Of a stretch of DNA of 64,000 nucleotides, positions 48,471-56,205 are shown piece after piece. The DNA comes from an uncultured virus (IMG/VR IMGVR_UViG_3300001605_000002) (lineage: Duplodnaviria > Heunggongvirae > Uroviricota > Caudoviricetes). The stretch covers positions 1-64,000 of the IMG/VR virus record IMGVR_UViG_3300001605_000002. The stretch is one strand, 5' to 3'. The translations under genes and the position numbers were made by a program. The notes beneath the pieces are model-generated. The model saw only the letters and a program-made list of their open reading frames with translations. It searched no databases and was not told the origin of the DNA. Within the stretch, counting starts at the first letter, position 1, and each line of letters begins with the position of its first letter.

Positions 48471-48767
48471 ATGGGTCTCGACGACTTCGGCCTTCGTGTT
48501 CCCGACTTGGTCGGCGGAGCCTCGGGCGGCATCGTGAGCTCCATCGTTATGCAGCGGGCGGGACCGCTCGCGATGGTGGGCTCGGTGGTCGCCGGGGCGC
48601 TCACGGCGAACTACCTCGGGGAACCCGCCGGAAAGATCATCGGAACGCCGATGGGGGCCACGACGTTCATCCTGGGCCTGGGGGCGATGGTCGTCTGCCA
48701 AAAGATCATCGACATGCTAAAACGCTATGGGACGGCACCCGGAGGAAAGCCCGATGAACTGGCTTGA
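48471..48767 (+). CDS. putative holin
   Basis: 98 aa with about three Gly-rich hydrophobic segments and a charged tail. Confidence 0.6.
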   Translation: MGLDDFGLRVPDLVGGASGGIVSSIVMQRAGPLAMVGSVVAGALTANYLGEPAGKIIGTPMGATTFILGLGAMVVCQKIIDMLKRYGTAPGGKPDELA

Positions 48768-49113
48768 CCGCTTCGACTGGACGACCGCGCACGTCATCGC
48801 GGCGCTCGTCGGCATCGTCATCTCGCTCTATGCCGCCCAGGCCATGTGGCACGACCAAGAATCGAACCGCGACTGTTGGGTCGTCCGCTACGGCCGGAAG
48901 GTCGGCTACCCGCTCTTGGCCCTGGCCTTCTTGTGGTCGCTCGACTTCGCTCATGTAAAAGGGTGGGCCCCGTGGCCGCCTCACGTCGGGCTCGAGCTCG
49001 CGATTGACCTCATCATCATCATGCGGATCATCGCCTTGCGGCAGCGCCAACTCGAAATCGCGCGACGCGGCTGGTCGAGGCCGCTCGGCGTTGATCACCC
49101 GCTCTCGAGCTAA
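48754..49113 (+). CDS. three-TM membrane protein
   Basis: Three hydrophobic segments; overlaps the holin end. Confidence 0.6.
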   Translation: MNWLDRFDWTTAHVIAALVGIVISLYAAQAMWHDQESNRDCWVVRYGRKVGYPLLALAFLWSLDFAHVKGWAPWPPHVGLELAIDLIIIMRIIALRQRQLEIARRGWSRPLGVDHPLSS

Positions 49114-49277
49114 AACTTTCCGCGCAAGAGCATCGCGAGGACGACGACGCTCGTCACGGCGAGCGCGACGAGCGCCTCGTTGCCAAGGCCATAAGCCCGC
49201 CCGCCCGGCGCCCGCCGGCTGAATCCGACGACGAGCGCGATGACCAAAACAATCAGGATGATAGCTGACAAAGGCAT
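49110..49277 (-). CDS. small two-TM protein, DUF3309-like (not in ORF track)
   Basis: MPLSAIILIVLVIALVVGFSRRAPGGRAYGLGNEALVALAVTSVVVLAMLLRGKF; GGGGGAG RBS. Confidence 0.65.
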   Translation of the reverse strand: MPLSAIILIVLVIALVVGFSRRAPGGRAYGLGNEALVALAVTSVVVLAMLLRGKF

Positions 49278-49312
49278 CGGCGTAGCTCCCCCTCGAGTTC
49301 GTCGCGTTGGCC

Positions 49313-49338
49313 AACGCCGAGTCGGGTGCGGCGGTTCC
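49313..49338 (-). promoter_or_regulatory. sigma-EcfG (sigmaT/RpoE2)-type promoter
   Basis: GGAAC-N17-CGTT ending 36 nt upstream of the start at 49277. Confidence 0.6.
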
Positions 49339-49407
49339 TCGGCGGTTCTTGTCGGCGAACGAGTTTAGGTTCACAGTAGCGGTTCGCGGCTGGCGGGAAA
49401 TCCCCGA

Positions 49408-49900
49408 ATGCTACGGCTCATCGTCGTCCTGATATTGTGCGCGGCGGCTTGGCCGTGCGTCGCTCAAGTCGACCGCGACGAAAAACGTCCTCGACCTCGT
49501 TCAGGCGGCCATCCAGAGGCAAGACGACCTCCGCACGATGGAAGCGAAATTCCAGAACACTATGAGGGAGAAGGACGCGCTGTTGTCGGCCGCGCTGCGC
49601 GACGCCGAGGCACGGCGCCGCGACGACCTCGCTGCGCAGAAGCAGACGTTCGATACGGCGCTCGCCGGGATCTTGCAAAAGAACTCGGAGGAGAAGTCGG
49701 CCCTCCTGGCGACGGCCGTCAAGGAGGTCCGGGCGGACTTCGATTCGAGAATGTCGAAGCAAGAACAATTCCGGTTCGAGGCCGGCGCTCGAGGCGCGGG
49801 CCAGAGCGACCTCATCGGATGGATCGTGGCGTTCGTCATGGGCTCGGTCGCGCTCGCGTCGCTCGCGCTCAATTTCCGCAGATTGCGCGCGCCGGCCTGA
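49408..49900 (+). CDS. coiled-coil membrane protein (frameshift near 49470)
   Basis: Signal-like start, then TKNVLDLVQAAIQRQDDLR... coiled coil and a C-terminal TM segment. Confidence 0.55.
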
Positions 49901-50113
49901 CGACCGTGACCGCAAAACACCTACGTGTGAAGTTCACCGCGCGGTGCGACCACGTTCGCGGCAACAACGGCATCGTCGACTACCTCCTCACCCATCGCGG
50001 GGGACATCAGGACGAGCCGATCCTCGCTAACCTCCTGCGCGATCGCGGTGTTGGCATTCATGGTCGGTTCTATTGGGTCGAGATTTACCCGGCGTTTCCG
50101 ACCGAGGCGCGTC

Positions 50114-50139
50114 GGAACAATTCGAGGGGCTCGCGACTT
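50114..50139 (+). promoter_or_regulatory. second sigma-EcfG-like promoter
   Basis: GGAAC-N17-ACTT upstream of the gene at 50195. Confidence 0.45.
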
Positions 50140-50194
50140 AAGCCACTGAGACGAAAGGTCTCGAAACTCATCAAACTGAAATCGAGGAAACGCT

Positions 50195-50386
50195 ATGAAT
50201 CAGGAACGTCAAGCTGACCGCGCGACTGCGAAGAACGCTACCTACCAAAACAAGCCGGTGACCATCGTTCGGGACGCGACCCAGGGCGACCACGGCTTCA
50301 ACCCGCAGGGCGGCGACCAGGTCCTCGTCGAGGTCGACGGCACCCAAAAGGTCGTCCCGCGCGCCGACATCGTCAACGGCCGATAG
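50195..50386 (+). CDS. small hypothetical protein
   Basis: GAGGA RBS; ATYQNKPVTIVRDATQGDHGF...QVLV. Confidence 0.65.
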   Translation: MNQERQADRATAKNATYQNKPVTIVRDATQGDHGFNPQGGDQVLVEVDGTQKVVPRADIVNGR

Positions 50387-50412
50387 CGCGCGCGAGCGCG
50401 AGCGTGTAAGAC

Positions 50413-50455
50413 AAAGCCCGGCGGGGACGCGGTCCTCGGCCGGGCTTTCCATTTC
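50413..50455 (+). terminator. hairpin / terminator
   Basis: AAAGCCCGGC...GCCGGGCTTT followed by CCATTT. Confidence 0.55.
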
Positions 50456-50469
50456 AACAGAGGCGGACA

Positions 50470-50634
50470 ATGTCTCTTGGCACCATCATCCTGATCATCC
50501 TCGTCATCGCGCTTCTTGGCGGCTTCTCGGGGCTCGGCGGTGGCCCCTTCTATGGGACCGGCTACTACGGCGGCGGGGGTCTCGGGCTCGTCATCGTCAT
50601 CATTTTGATATTGCTCGTGCTCGGCCGGATTTGA
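50470..50634 (+). CDS. DUF3309 family small membrane protein (not in ORF track)
   Basis: MSLGTIILIILVIALLGGFSGLGGGPFYGTGYYGGGGLGLVIVIILILLVLGRI. Confidence 0.85.
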   Translation: MSLGTIILIILVIALLGGFSGLGGGPFYGTGYYGGGGLGLVIVIILILLVLGRI

Positions 50635-50660
50635 CGACCTAACCATCTCCGGCTTATAGA
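50631..50660 (+). promoter_or_regulatory. putative sigma70 promoter of the tRNA cluster
   Basis: TTGACG-N18-TATAGA, 38 nt before tRNA-Gln. Confidence 0.45.
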
Positions 50661-50698
50661 GCCGTCATGACTTCTTCGGACCAGCAGCAACGCTTCGC

Positions 50699-50772
50699 GG
50701 CCCTGTCGTTCAACGGCAGGACCTCGGAGTTTGATTCCGAAGATCGCGGTTCGAATCCGCGCAGGGCCGCCA
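50699..50772 (+). tRNA. tRNA-Gln (TTG)
   Basis: GGCCCTG/CAGGGCC acceptor, TCGGA-GTTTGAT-TCCGA anticodon arm, TTCGAAT T-loop, GCCA end. Confidence 0.85.
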
Positions 50773-50827
50773 CCCTCACAACGACCTCGACTACGAGCCG
50801 CCCAACCGTCGCGCGTTAAGCGCGCAT

Positions 50828-50904
50828 CTGGGCGTAGCTCAGCTCGGTAGAGCACCTGCCTCGGGCGCAGGGGGTCGTCGGTTCGAATCCGGCCGCCCAG
50901 ACCA
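50828..50904 (+). tRNA. tRNA-Pro (CGG)
   Basis: CTGGGCG/CGCCCAG acceptor, CCTGC-CTCGGGC-GCAGG anticodon arm, ACCA end. Confidence 0.92.
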
Positions 50905-50916
50905 GCCCTCTTCTTC

Positions 50917-50992
50917 GCCGGCGTAGCTCAGTGGTAGAGCAGCCCCCTCGTAACGGGCAGGTCGGGGGTTCGAGTCCGCCCCGCTGGCACCA
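50917..50992 (+). tRNA. tRNA-Thr (CGT), slightly irregular
   Basis: GCCGGCG/CGCTGGC acceptor, loop CTCGTAA, ACCA end; C31:C39 mismatch and one extra base in the T-stem. Confidence 0.8.
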
Positions 50993-51166
50993 CCCTTCGG
51001 CCCGCCTAGTCAGGGCGGCTCGAATCCCTTAAGGTCTGGCTTCCCCAACAGAACAGGAGACCACGAGTTCACGTCCGGCGCTCGCCGCCGCCCCGCAACC
51101 CGCGCTTCCGTTCTTCGGCCGACAAATCGACGGCGAAAAGGAAGCGCCCGCTCTACGAGGTACGAC

Positions 51167-51829
51167 ATGACCCGCGCTCTCCTCCTGGCCTCCGCCCTGG
51201 CCGTCCTTCCATTCCTGAGTTCCGCCGACGCCCGCCCGGTCCGCTCCGGCGCGGCCATCGACGTGGCGGCCGTCCCCGCTTATCCGGGCGGCGAGACGGC
51301 TAAAGTCACCCGCCGCGCCAGCCGGGCGGCGAGCGCGCGCGTAGAACGCCTCCGGGCGGACCGACGCGCCCGGACCGCGAGTTCCGGCTCTCTACGGGCT
51401 TCCTACGGCGAATCCGGGTCCGGCGTCGTCCGGTCGAAAAAGACCGGGGCAACCGCGCGGGTCTCGCCGCGCTACGCCGCCAAGTTCCAAGCCTACATCG
51501 ACGACCTCGAGGCGCGAGGTGCAGCCGTCTATTATATGGGCGGCTACCGGAAGGGGCCTTGCTGGATTGGCGGCCTTCATCCATGCGGGAAGGCGCTAGA
51601 CGTCTGTCAGGATAGCCGCGACCGCGTCAGCGGCTTGAAGAATTGCCGGCTTCCGGGCCGGTCGGAGCTCGCGCGCATCGCCGCCGCGCATGGTCTGTTC
51701 GAGGGTGGCCAATGGTGCAACGGCGACATGGGGCACGTTCAAGTCGGCGAGACGGCGGCACCGTGTCGCTCGACGCTCTACAGCGCCGTTCGGAAATTTA
51801 AAAAACAAAAAATGGCCGTTGCTCGATGA
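51167..51829 (+). CDS. exported M15-like peptidase / cell-wall enzyme
   Basis: Signal MTRALLLASALAVLPFLSSADA; FQAYIDDLE..G...GGYR...LHPCGKALD...DMGHVQ. Confidence 0.65.
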   Translation: MTRALLLASALAVLPFLSSADARPVRSGAAIDVAAVPAYPGGETAKVTRRASRAASARVERLRADRRARTASSGSLRASYGESGSGVVRSKKTGATARVSPRYAAKFQAYIDDLEARGAAVYYMGGYRKGPCWIGGLHPCGKALDVCQDSRDRVSGLKNCRLPGRSELARIAAAHGLFEGGQWCNGDMGHVQVGETAAPCRSTLYSAVRKFKKQKMAVAR

Positions 51830-51939
51830 CTCCGAAAGGCTGGGTGCTCATCATCGGGGCGGTGGTCTTCGTCCTGGCGCTCCTGATGGCGCCGCAGCTT
51901 CCGGACGACCCGCCGCCGGCCTCGCGTCCGGACCTTTAG
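51826..51939 (+). CDS. small membrane peptide, 37 aa
   Basis: MTPKGWVLIIGAVVFVLALLMAPQLPDDPPP...; ATGA overlap with the upstream gene. Confidence 0.45.
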   Translation: MTPKGWVLIIGAVVFVLALLMAPQLPDDPPPASRPDL

Positions 51940-52199
51940 AAAGAGGGGGCCAGCCCAAGAACGCGGCTGGCCCCTATCTCGGCGAGGCCCTGCTCAGTTA
52001 TGGTCGAGCGCCGAATCATAGACCCGGTTCCCTGCTCTCTGTGCAGGCTTACAAACCGGAGAAGGCCCCGGCCCTCGAGCGCGCGCATCCGGTTTATCTC
52101 TTCGGGCCACGGTTCGGCGTAGGCCCGCTTTATCCAGGTGCAGGCGTCGTGAGACGAGACGCAATCGACGAGCATCGAGTCCGCGCCGTCTTTGATCAC
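51936..52199 (-). CDS. hypothetical protein
   Basis: 87 aa; winged-helix-like ending LE.RGL....ITEQG. Confidence 0.45.
   Translation of the reverse strand: MIKDGADSMLVDCVSSHDACTWIKRAYAEPWPEEINRMRALEGRGLLRFVSLHREQGTGSMIRRSTITEQGLAEIGASRVLGLAPSF
51946..51974. terminator. hairpin at the convergence of + and - transcription
   Basis: GGGGCCAGCC-N9-GGCTGGCCCC. Confidence 0.45.
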
Positions 52200-52564
52200 C
52201 GGCAGATGACCTTCGATGGTCGGTCAGCGTCGTCCGCGAGCGGGTCGACCTCGACCCGACTCTTCGGCGGGATGCACTCGACAATCCTGTTGCCGTTCGC
52301 GTCGGGTCCGCGAACGAACGCGCGGGTCTCTTGGGTACAGGCGTTGCCGGGCCGCGCGCAAATCTCCCGGACCTTCGCTCTGTAGGCGGGCCAGCCGGTC
52401 CACCTATAGGCCCGATAATCGGCGGCGCGCGCTCGGCCGGGCGCGACCGGGTAAAGGTCGCCGTTCCTGACGTTGATGTAGTCGGGCGGGTACGGGCTGC
52501 GCGGTCGAGCGTCGGCCGACGACGCGGTGAGCGCGAGCGCGGCGAGGATAACGAGCAGCTTCAT
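52196..52564 (-). CDS. exported hypothetical protein
   Basis: Signal MKLLVILAALALTASSADA; RBS AAGGAGAGAACTGATG. Confidence 0.65.
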   Translation of the reverse strand: MKLLVILAALALTASSADARPRSPYPPDYINVRNGDLYPVAPGRARAADYRAYRWTGWPAYRAKVREICARPGNACTQETRAFVRGPDANGNRIVECIPPKSRVEVDPLADDADRPSKVICR

Positions 52565-52660
52565 CAGTTCTCTCCTTGTGTCGTTCCGCCGCGCCGTGCG
52601 ACCTTAGCGTCATGCGGTAGCGATACCGTTGCCCTCCTTGGGCGTTTCCTCCCTAGACTT

Positions 52661-52689
52661 GGGCCGCCGTCGCTGGCGGCCCGTTTTTT
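52661..52689 (+). terminator. rho-independent terminator
   Basis: GGGCCGCC-N6-GGCGGCCC-GTTTTTT. Confidence 0.7.
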
Positions 52690-53227
52690 ATTGCCCCCGG
52701 TCGACGATTGGAAGTATGGCGGCGAGCAGCGACGGCGGAATGTCGTTCTTGACCGTGCAGGGCGCGACCGGCGGGAGCTTCGTGCAGAGTTCGGATTCCT
52801 TGACCCGCGCCAGGAGCGCGCCGGCGGGCCGATTAATCATCCGAATCGCGGCCTCGGACGTCGCGACCGCCTGCTTCTTCTGCGCGACCTCCTCGGGTTT
52901 CAACGCCGAAACGTCACCGAGTTCTTGCGCCTCGAACTTCGTATAGGCCTCCCGGTACGCGCGCTCGGCGTCGTCGGCCGCCCTGATGTTGATTGCAAAC
53001 GTCATCAGCGTGGTCCCGTCGAACTTAAACGGCACCTTGACGGCCTCGCCTTGGGGCGTCCGGTAGTCTCCGAATTGGCGCAGCGCCTGACCGACGCCGA
53101 GGACCTCGAGCGTCGAGAGCCTCGAGAGGTCAAGCGGCTCGAGCGGCTTGGGCGGCGTGCTAGCCTGGGCGAACGCGGCCGTCGAGACGGCGGCGGAAAG
53201 GAGCGCGGCGAAAACGGTCTTCATCAT
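52688..53227 (-). CDS. exported hypothetical protein
   Basis: Signal MKTVFAALLSAAVSTAAFA-Q; ends NDIPPSLLAAILPIV. Confidence 0.65.
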   Translation of the reverse strand: MMKTVFAALLSAAVSTAAFAQASTPPKPLEPLDLSRLSTLEVLGVGQALRQFGDYRTPQGEAVKVPFKFDGTTLMTFAINIRAADDAERAYREAYTKFEAQELGDVSALKPEEVAQKKQAVATSEAAIRMINRPAGALLARVKESELCTKLPPVAPCTVKNDIPPSLLAAILPIVDRGQ

Positions 53228-53281
53228 GGTCGGGTCTCTCTCTTCGTTGCGCCGGGTAGTCCCGCCCGGCCGGGGGTCGGC

Positions 53282-54091
53282 CTAGCGGTGCTGTTGAACG
53301 CGAAGCGGGTTGTCGTAGCCGGTCGGCAAGAACTTTTGAAGATCCTTCTTGATGTAGTGGCGCGCGCCAAGCGACTGGCAGAGGTCGACGACCCGGAGCG
53401 TGTAGTCGCGCCAATCGGTCGTCGTCGAGATTTCCTTTAGGTAGTTCGCCTTGCCGACTTTGTAGAGGTCGACGAACCCGTGGGTCGCCCTGATGATCGC
53501 GAGACTCGAGGCCGCGTCGAGCGTCGGCTCGAGCGAGACCCAGGTGAACACGCCGCGATCGTGGAACGCGCGCAGCGCCGCCAGGCGCTCACCGGGGAGG
53601 TCGGCGTTCGGTTCCCACTTCGTCGAGAAGCGGTCGTCGAGCGACGTAAGCGTCGAGGCGAACGCGTCCCGGTCGGGGCGGAAGAGCTCGAGGTCGCGGA
53701 GCGCCCGCGAGCCGCCCTTCGTGAGCGTACAGAACCCGAAGCCGCGCCCGGCCAGGGCGAGGAGCGTCCATCGTGTCAAATCGGAGACGCCCGGGTGATA
53801 GGGGTCGGTCATAAACGAGAGCATAACCTGATGGTTGGTTTCTCCGGCGCGTTCGTAGCGGGCGACGTCGCGGAGAAGCCGCTCGCGGTAGCCCGGCCGC
53901 TCTTCGGCGCCGGCGTTGAACTCGGCGCGCGGCTGCTTCGAGACGAGCGGTACGTAGCAATATTTGCAGGCGTGCCCGCACCCCGTGTAGGGGTTCGTCG
54001 CGAGCGGCGCGTATTCGCCCGCGAGCCCGGTCGGCGGATAGATCACGTCGGCACCCGGGACGATGGGCTGGTCGGGGGAATACTTCGACAT
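53282..54091 (-). CDS. radical SAM protein, SplB/Rv2578c-like
   Basis: NPYTGCGHACKYCY (CxxxCxxC), TDPY, LTK, WEP.A....ER..AL, VSLEP. Confidence 0.88.
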   Translation of the reverse strand: MSKYSPDQPIVPGADVIYPPTGLAGEYAPLATNPYTGCGHACKYCYVPLVSKQPRAEFNAGAEERPGYRERLLRDVARYERAGETNHQVMLSFMTDPYHPGVSDLTRWTLLALAGRGFGFCTLTKGGSRALRDLELFRPDRDAFASTLTSLDDRFSTKWEPNADLPGERLAALRAFHDRGVFTWVSLEPTLDAASSLAIIRATHGFVDLYKVGKANYLKEISTTTDWRDYTLRVVDLCQSLGARHYIKKDLQKFLPTGYDNPLRVQQHR

Positions 54092-54094
54092 AGG

Positions 54095-54310
54095 TCACTC
54101 CATCATCGCGAGGCAGTTGAGCGTCCGGCAGGCCATGTGAAAATGGCCCTTCCGACCGACGAGCGCGGCATCGAGCCGGTTTCCGCACTTCGGGCATATA
54201 GACTGAGCGACGGTCAAACTACGATCCTTCATTCGCTGCTTAAACTTCAGGCCAGTTACGAGCGTAAGGCGGGCCTGCTCCATGAAATCGTCGGGGTGCT
54301 CGACCATCAG
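54095..54310 (-). CDS. small zinc-finger protein
   Basis: CPKC...GHFHMAC.T.NC..MME. Confidence 0.6.
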   Translation of the reverse strand: MMVEHPDDFMEQARLTLVTGLKFKQRMKDRSLTVAQSICPKCGNRLDAALVGRKGHFHMACRTLNCLAMME

Positions 54311-54507
54311 GCGGGCTCCAGCTTATTGCGGACGACCGGCTCGCGCTCGACGAACTTCGCGCCGACCCCACCGCCGGCGAGCCGGACCGCGACCTGGTCG
54401 CGGAAGAAGAACCGCCCGTCATGTTCGATAACGAGCGTCGCGTCGGGCACCCGGGCGACCCCGAGCTTCCGGTCGCGCTCGTCGTAGAGAACGGCGGCCC
54501 GCATCAT
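54307..54507 (-). CDS. hypothetical protein
   Basis: MMRAAVLYDERDRK...; AAGGAGG RBS. Confidence 0.55.
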   Translation of the reverse strand: MMRAAVLYDERDRKLGVARVPDATLVIEHDGRFFFRDQVAVRLAGGGVGAKFVEREPVVRNKLEPA

Positions 54508-55101
54508 GTCGACCTCCTTGTGCCAAACCCTCGACCGGCCGGGAACGGCCTCGAGGGCCACTTCCGTTTCGGCGTCGATTTATTGACGGGGAAAGTGAAG
54601 CTGCGCCTCGGCCCGGCGACGACCGCGAACGCGTCGACCGCCGGCCCGGCGACGGTCTCGAGCAGCTCGCGGCGCTCGCGTCGGCGCTCGCGCTTCGCCA
54701 GGACGACGTCCGAATACTGGCCGTGCTCGCCGCGGACGTTCGTCTTGACGTGGTGGCTCCCGGCGAACTCGGGCGGCTGCGGCCGGTAGCGAAGGCAATC
54801 GGGGTCGTGGGCGTGCGGCGCGTAGCGGTCGGCGACCCGCTTGACGGCGGGGTCGTAGCCCCGCGTCCGGAGCATCGGGGTCGTGGTCGAGCCGGAGGTC
54901 GGACCGCTCGCAGCCGATATAGAGCGCCAGGCCCTCGAGGAGCCGCTCGAGAAACGCCGCCAGCAGTTCGTCGGCACCCCGAGCCGTGAGCGCGGTCGAC
55001 GCGCCAAAGGCCTCGAGTTGGCGCAGCGCGACGACGACGGCGACACCGTCCGGCGGCATCGGGGGGCGCGCTCGCTTCGGTGCGCGCGGTCGTCGGGTCA
55101 T
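54504..55101 (-). CDS. degenerate HNH-like protein (frameshift near 54878)
   Basis: LDHDP(M)LR...Y.P.A.DP..L...H.VKT...D...KR.RR...KWPSRPF across two frames. Confidence 0.5.
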
Positions 55102-55388
55102 GGCTTCTTCTCGGGCCAGTGGGCCTCGACCATACCGGGCTTAAACGCGTGGACGGCGTCGACCATCTCCCGGCGGTCGGCCTCGGTCGCGAAGTAGAGG
55201 ACGAGCGGGAGCTTATCGGCGAGCTCGGGGACCTGGCGGGCGGCCTCCTCGCCGCCGTCGACCGCGTGGTCGAAACCGAGTTTGAAGCCCTTCTGCAGCG
55301 CGGCCGCAATCGCCGTGTCGATGGCGGAGACGATTCCGGTCTCGACGACGACGCGGTCGCCTACACTTTCGGTCCTAGTTTCGGTCAT
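55098..55388 (-). CDS. hypothetical protein
   Basis: AAGGAGGAG RBS; PLVLYFATEADRREM. Confidence 0.65.
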   Translation of the reverse strand: MTETRTESVGDRVVVETGIVSAIDTAIAAALQKGFKLGFDHAVDGGEEAARQVPELADKLPLVLYFATEADRREMVDAVHAFKPGMVEAHWPEKKP

Positions 55389-55401
55389 GGGGACTCCTCC
55401 T

Positions 55402-56205
55402 TCAGAGCAGGGTCAATTGTACGGGCGGCTCCGGATTCGGGCCAGCGACGAGCGGCGGTTCGACCGGGTTCTCCGCAGGCGGTTCGACGACGAGCTCCGG
55501 CGCCGGGTCACGCTTTGGGTAGAAGAGCGCCGCCGGCGTCCGCGTCCCGGTCCAGGTCGACGCCGGCGCGAGCGAGTTCCCCCGGTAGACGTCCGCCGAC
55601 GCGTCGGTGAGCGCGAGTTGCAGGTAGCAGGCGAAGACCGCCCGCTGGTCGACGTCGACGGCCGTCCAGTGGGCCTCGCGGGCGACGTCGAGCCCGGCCT
55701 CGCGCAGGACGACGTTCGCCGTGAGGATCATGCCGCCGACGCCGCAAGCGGGCTCCATCAGCGTCAGGTAGCCCTTCTCGCCGAGCATCGCCCGGGGGTC
55801 GCCGACGATCATCTTTGCCATCGAGTAGGACAGGTGGTGCGGGGTAAAGAACTGGCCCATCCCCGAATCGGCGGAGAGCTCCGAGAAGACCGGGCCGATA
55901 AAGTCGACCGGCTCGGTTAGGAGCGCGCGGGTCGTCGCCGCGAGCATCAGGGCGAGCGCGCCCATCGTCTCGTTCGGCTTCCGGCACGATTCGACAATCC
56001 GCATGTACTCGGCCTCGTTCGCCCGCCAGGCATCGCCCAGGAGGAGGCGGCCACGAATCGAGTAGAAGGCCGCCTCGAGGAAGTGCCGGAGGACCTCCGA
56101 CGACCGCCAGCCCTCGTTCGACTCCGCCGCGCGCATGGCGTCGGCGAAGTCGTTAAAGGCCGGACGGTGGGCTTCGGTCGTCAGGACGACGTCGCGCTTC
56201 TTCAC
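55402..56205 (-). CDS. N-6 DNA methylase-like protein lacking catalytic motif IV
   Basis: DF.G..F, GQFFTP, EPACGVGGM, VDVD, QL.L, GNSL; no NPPF/DPPY follows. Confidence 0.75.
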   Translation of the reverse strand: MKKRDVVLTTEAHRPAFNDFADAMRAAESNEGWRSSEVLRHFLEAAFYSIRGRLLLGDAWRANEAEYMRIVESCRKPNETMGALALMLAATTRALLTEPVDFIGPVFSELSADSGMGQFFTPHHLSYSMAKMIVGDPRAMLGEKGYLTLMEPACGVGGMILTANVVLREAGLDVAREAHWTAVDVDQRAVFACYLQLALTDASADVYRGNSLAPASTWTGTRTPAALFYPKRDPAPELVVEPPAENPVEPPLVAGPNPEPPVQLTLL

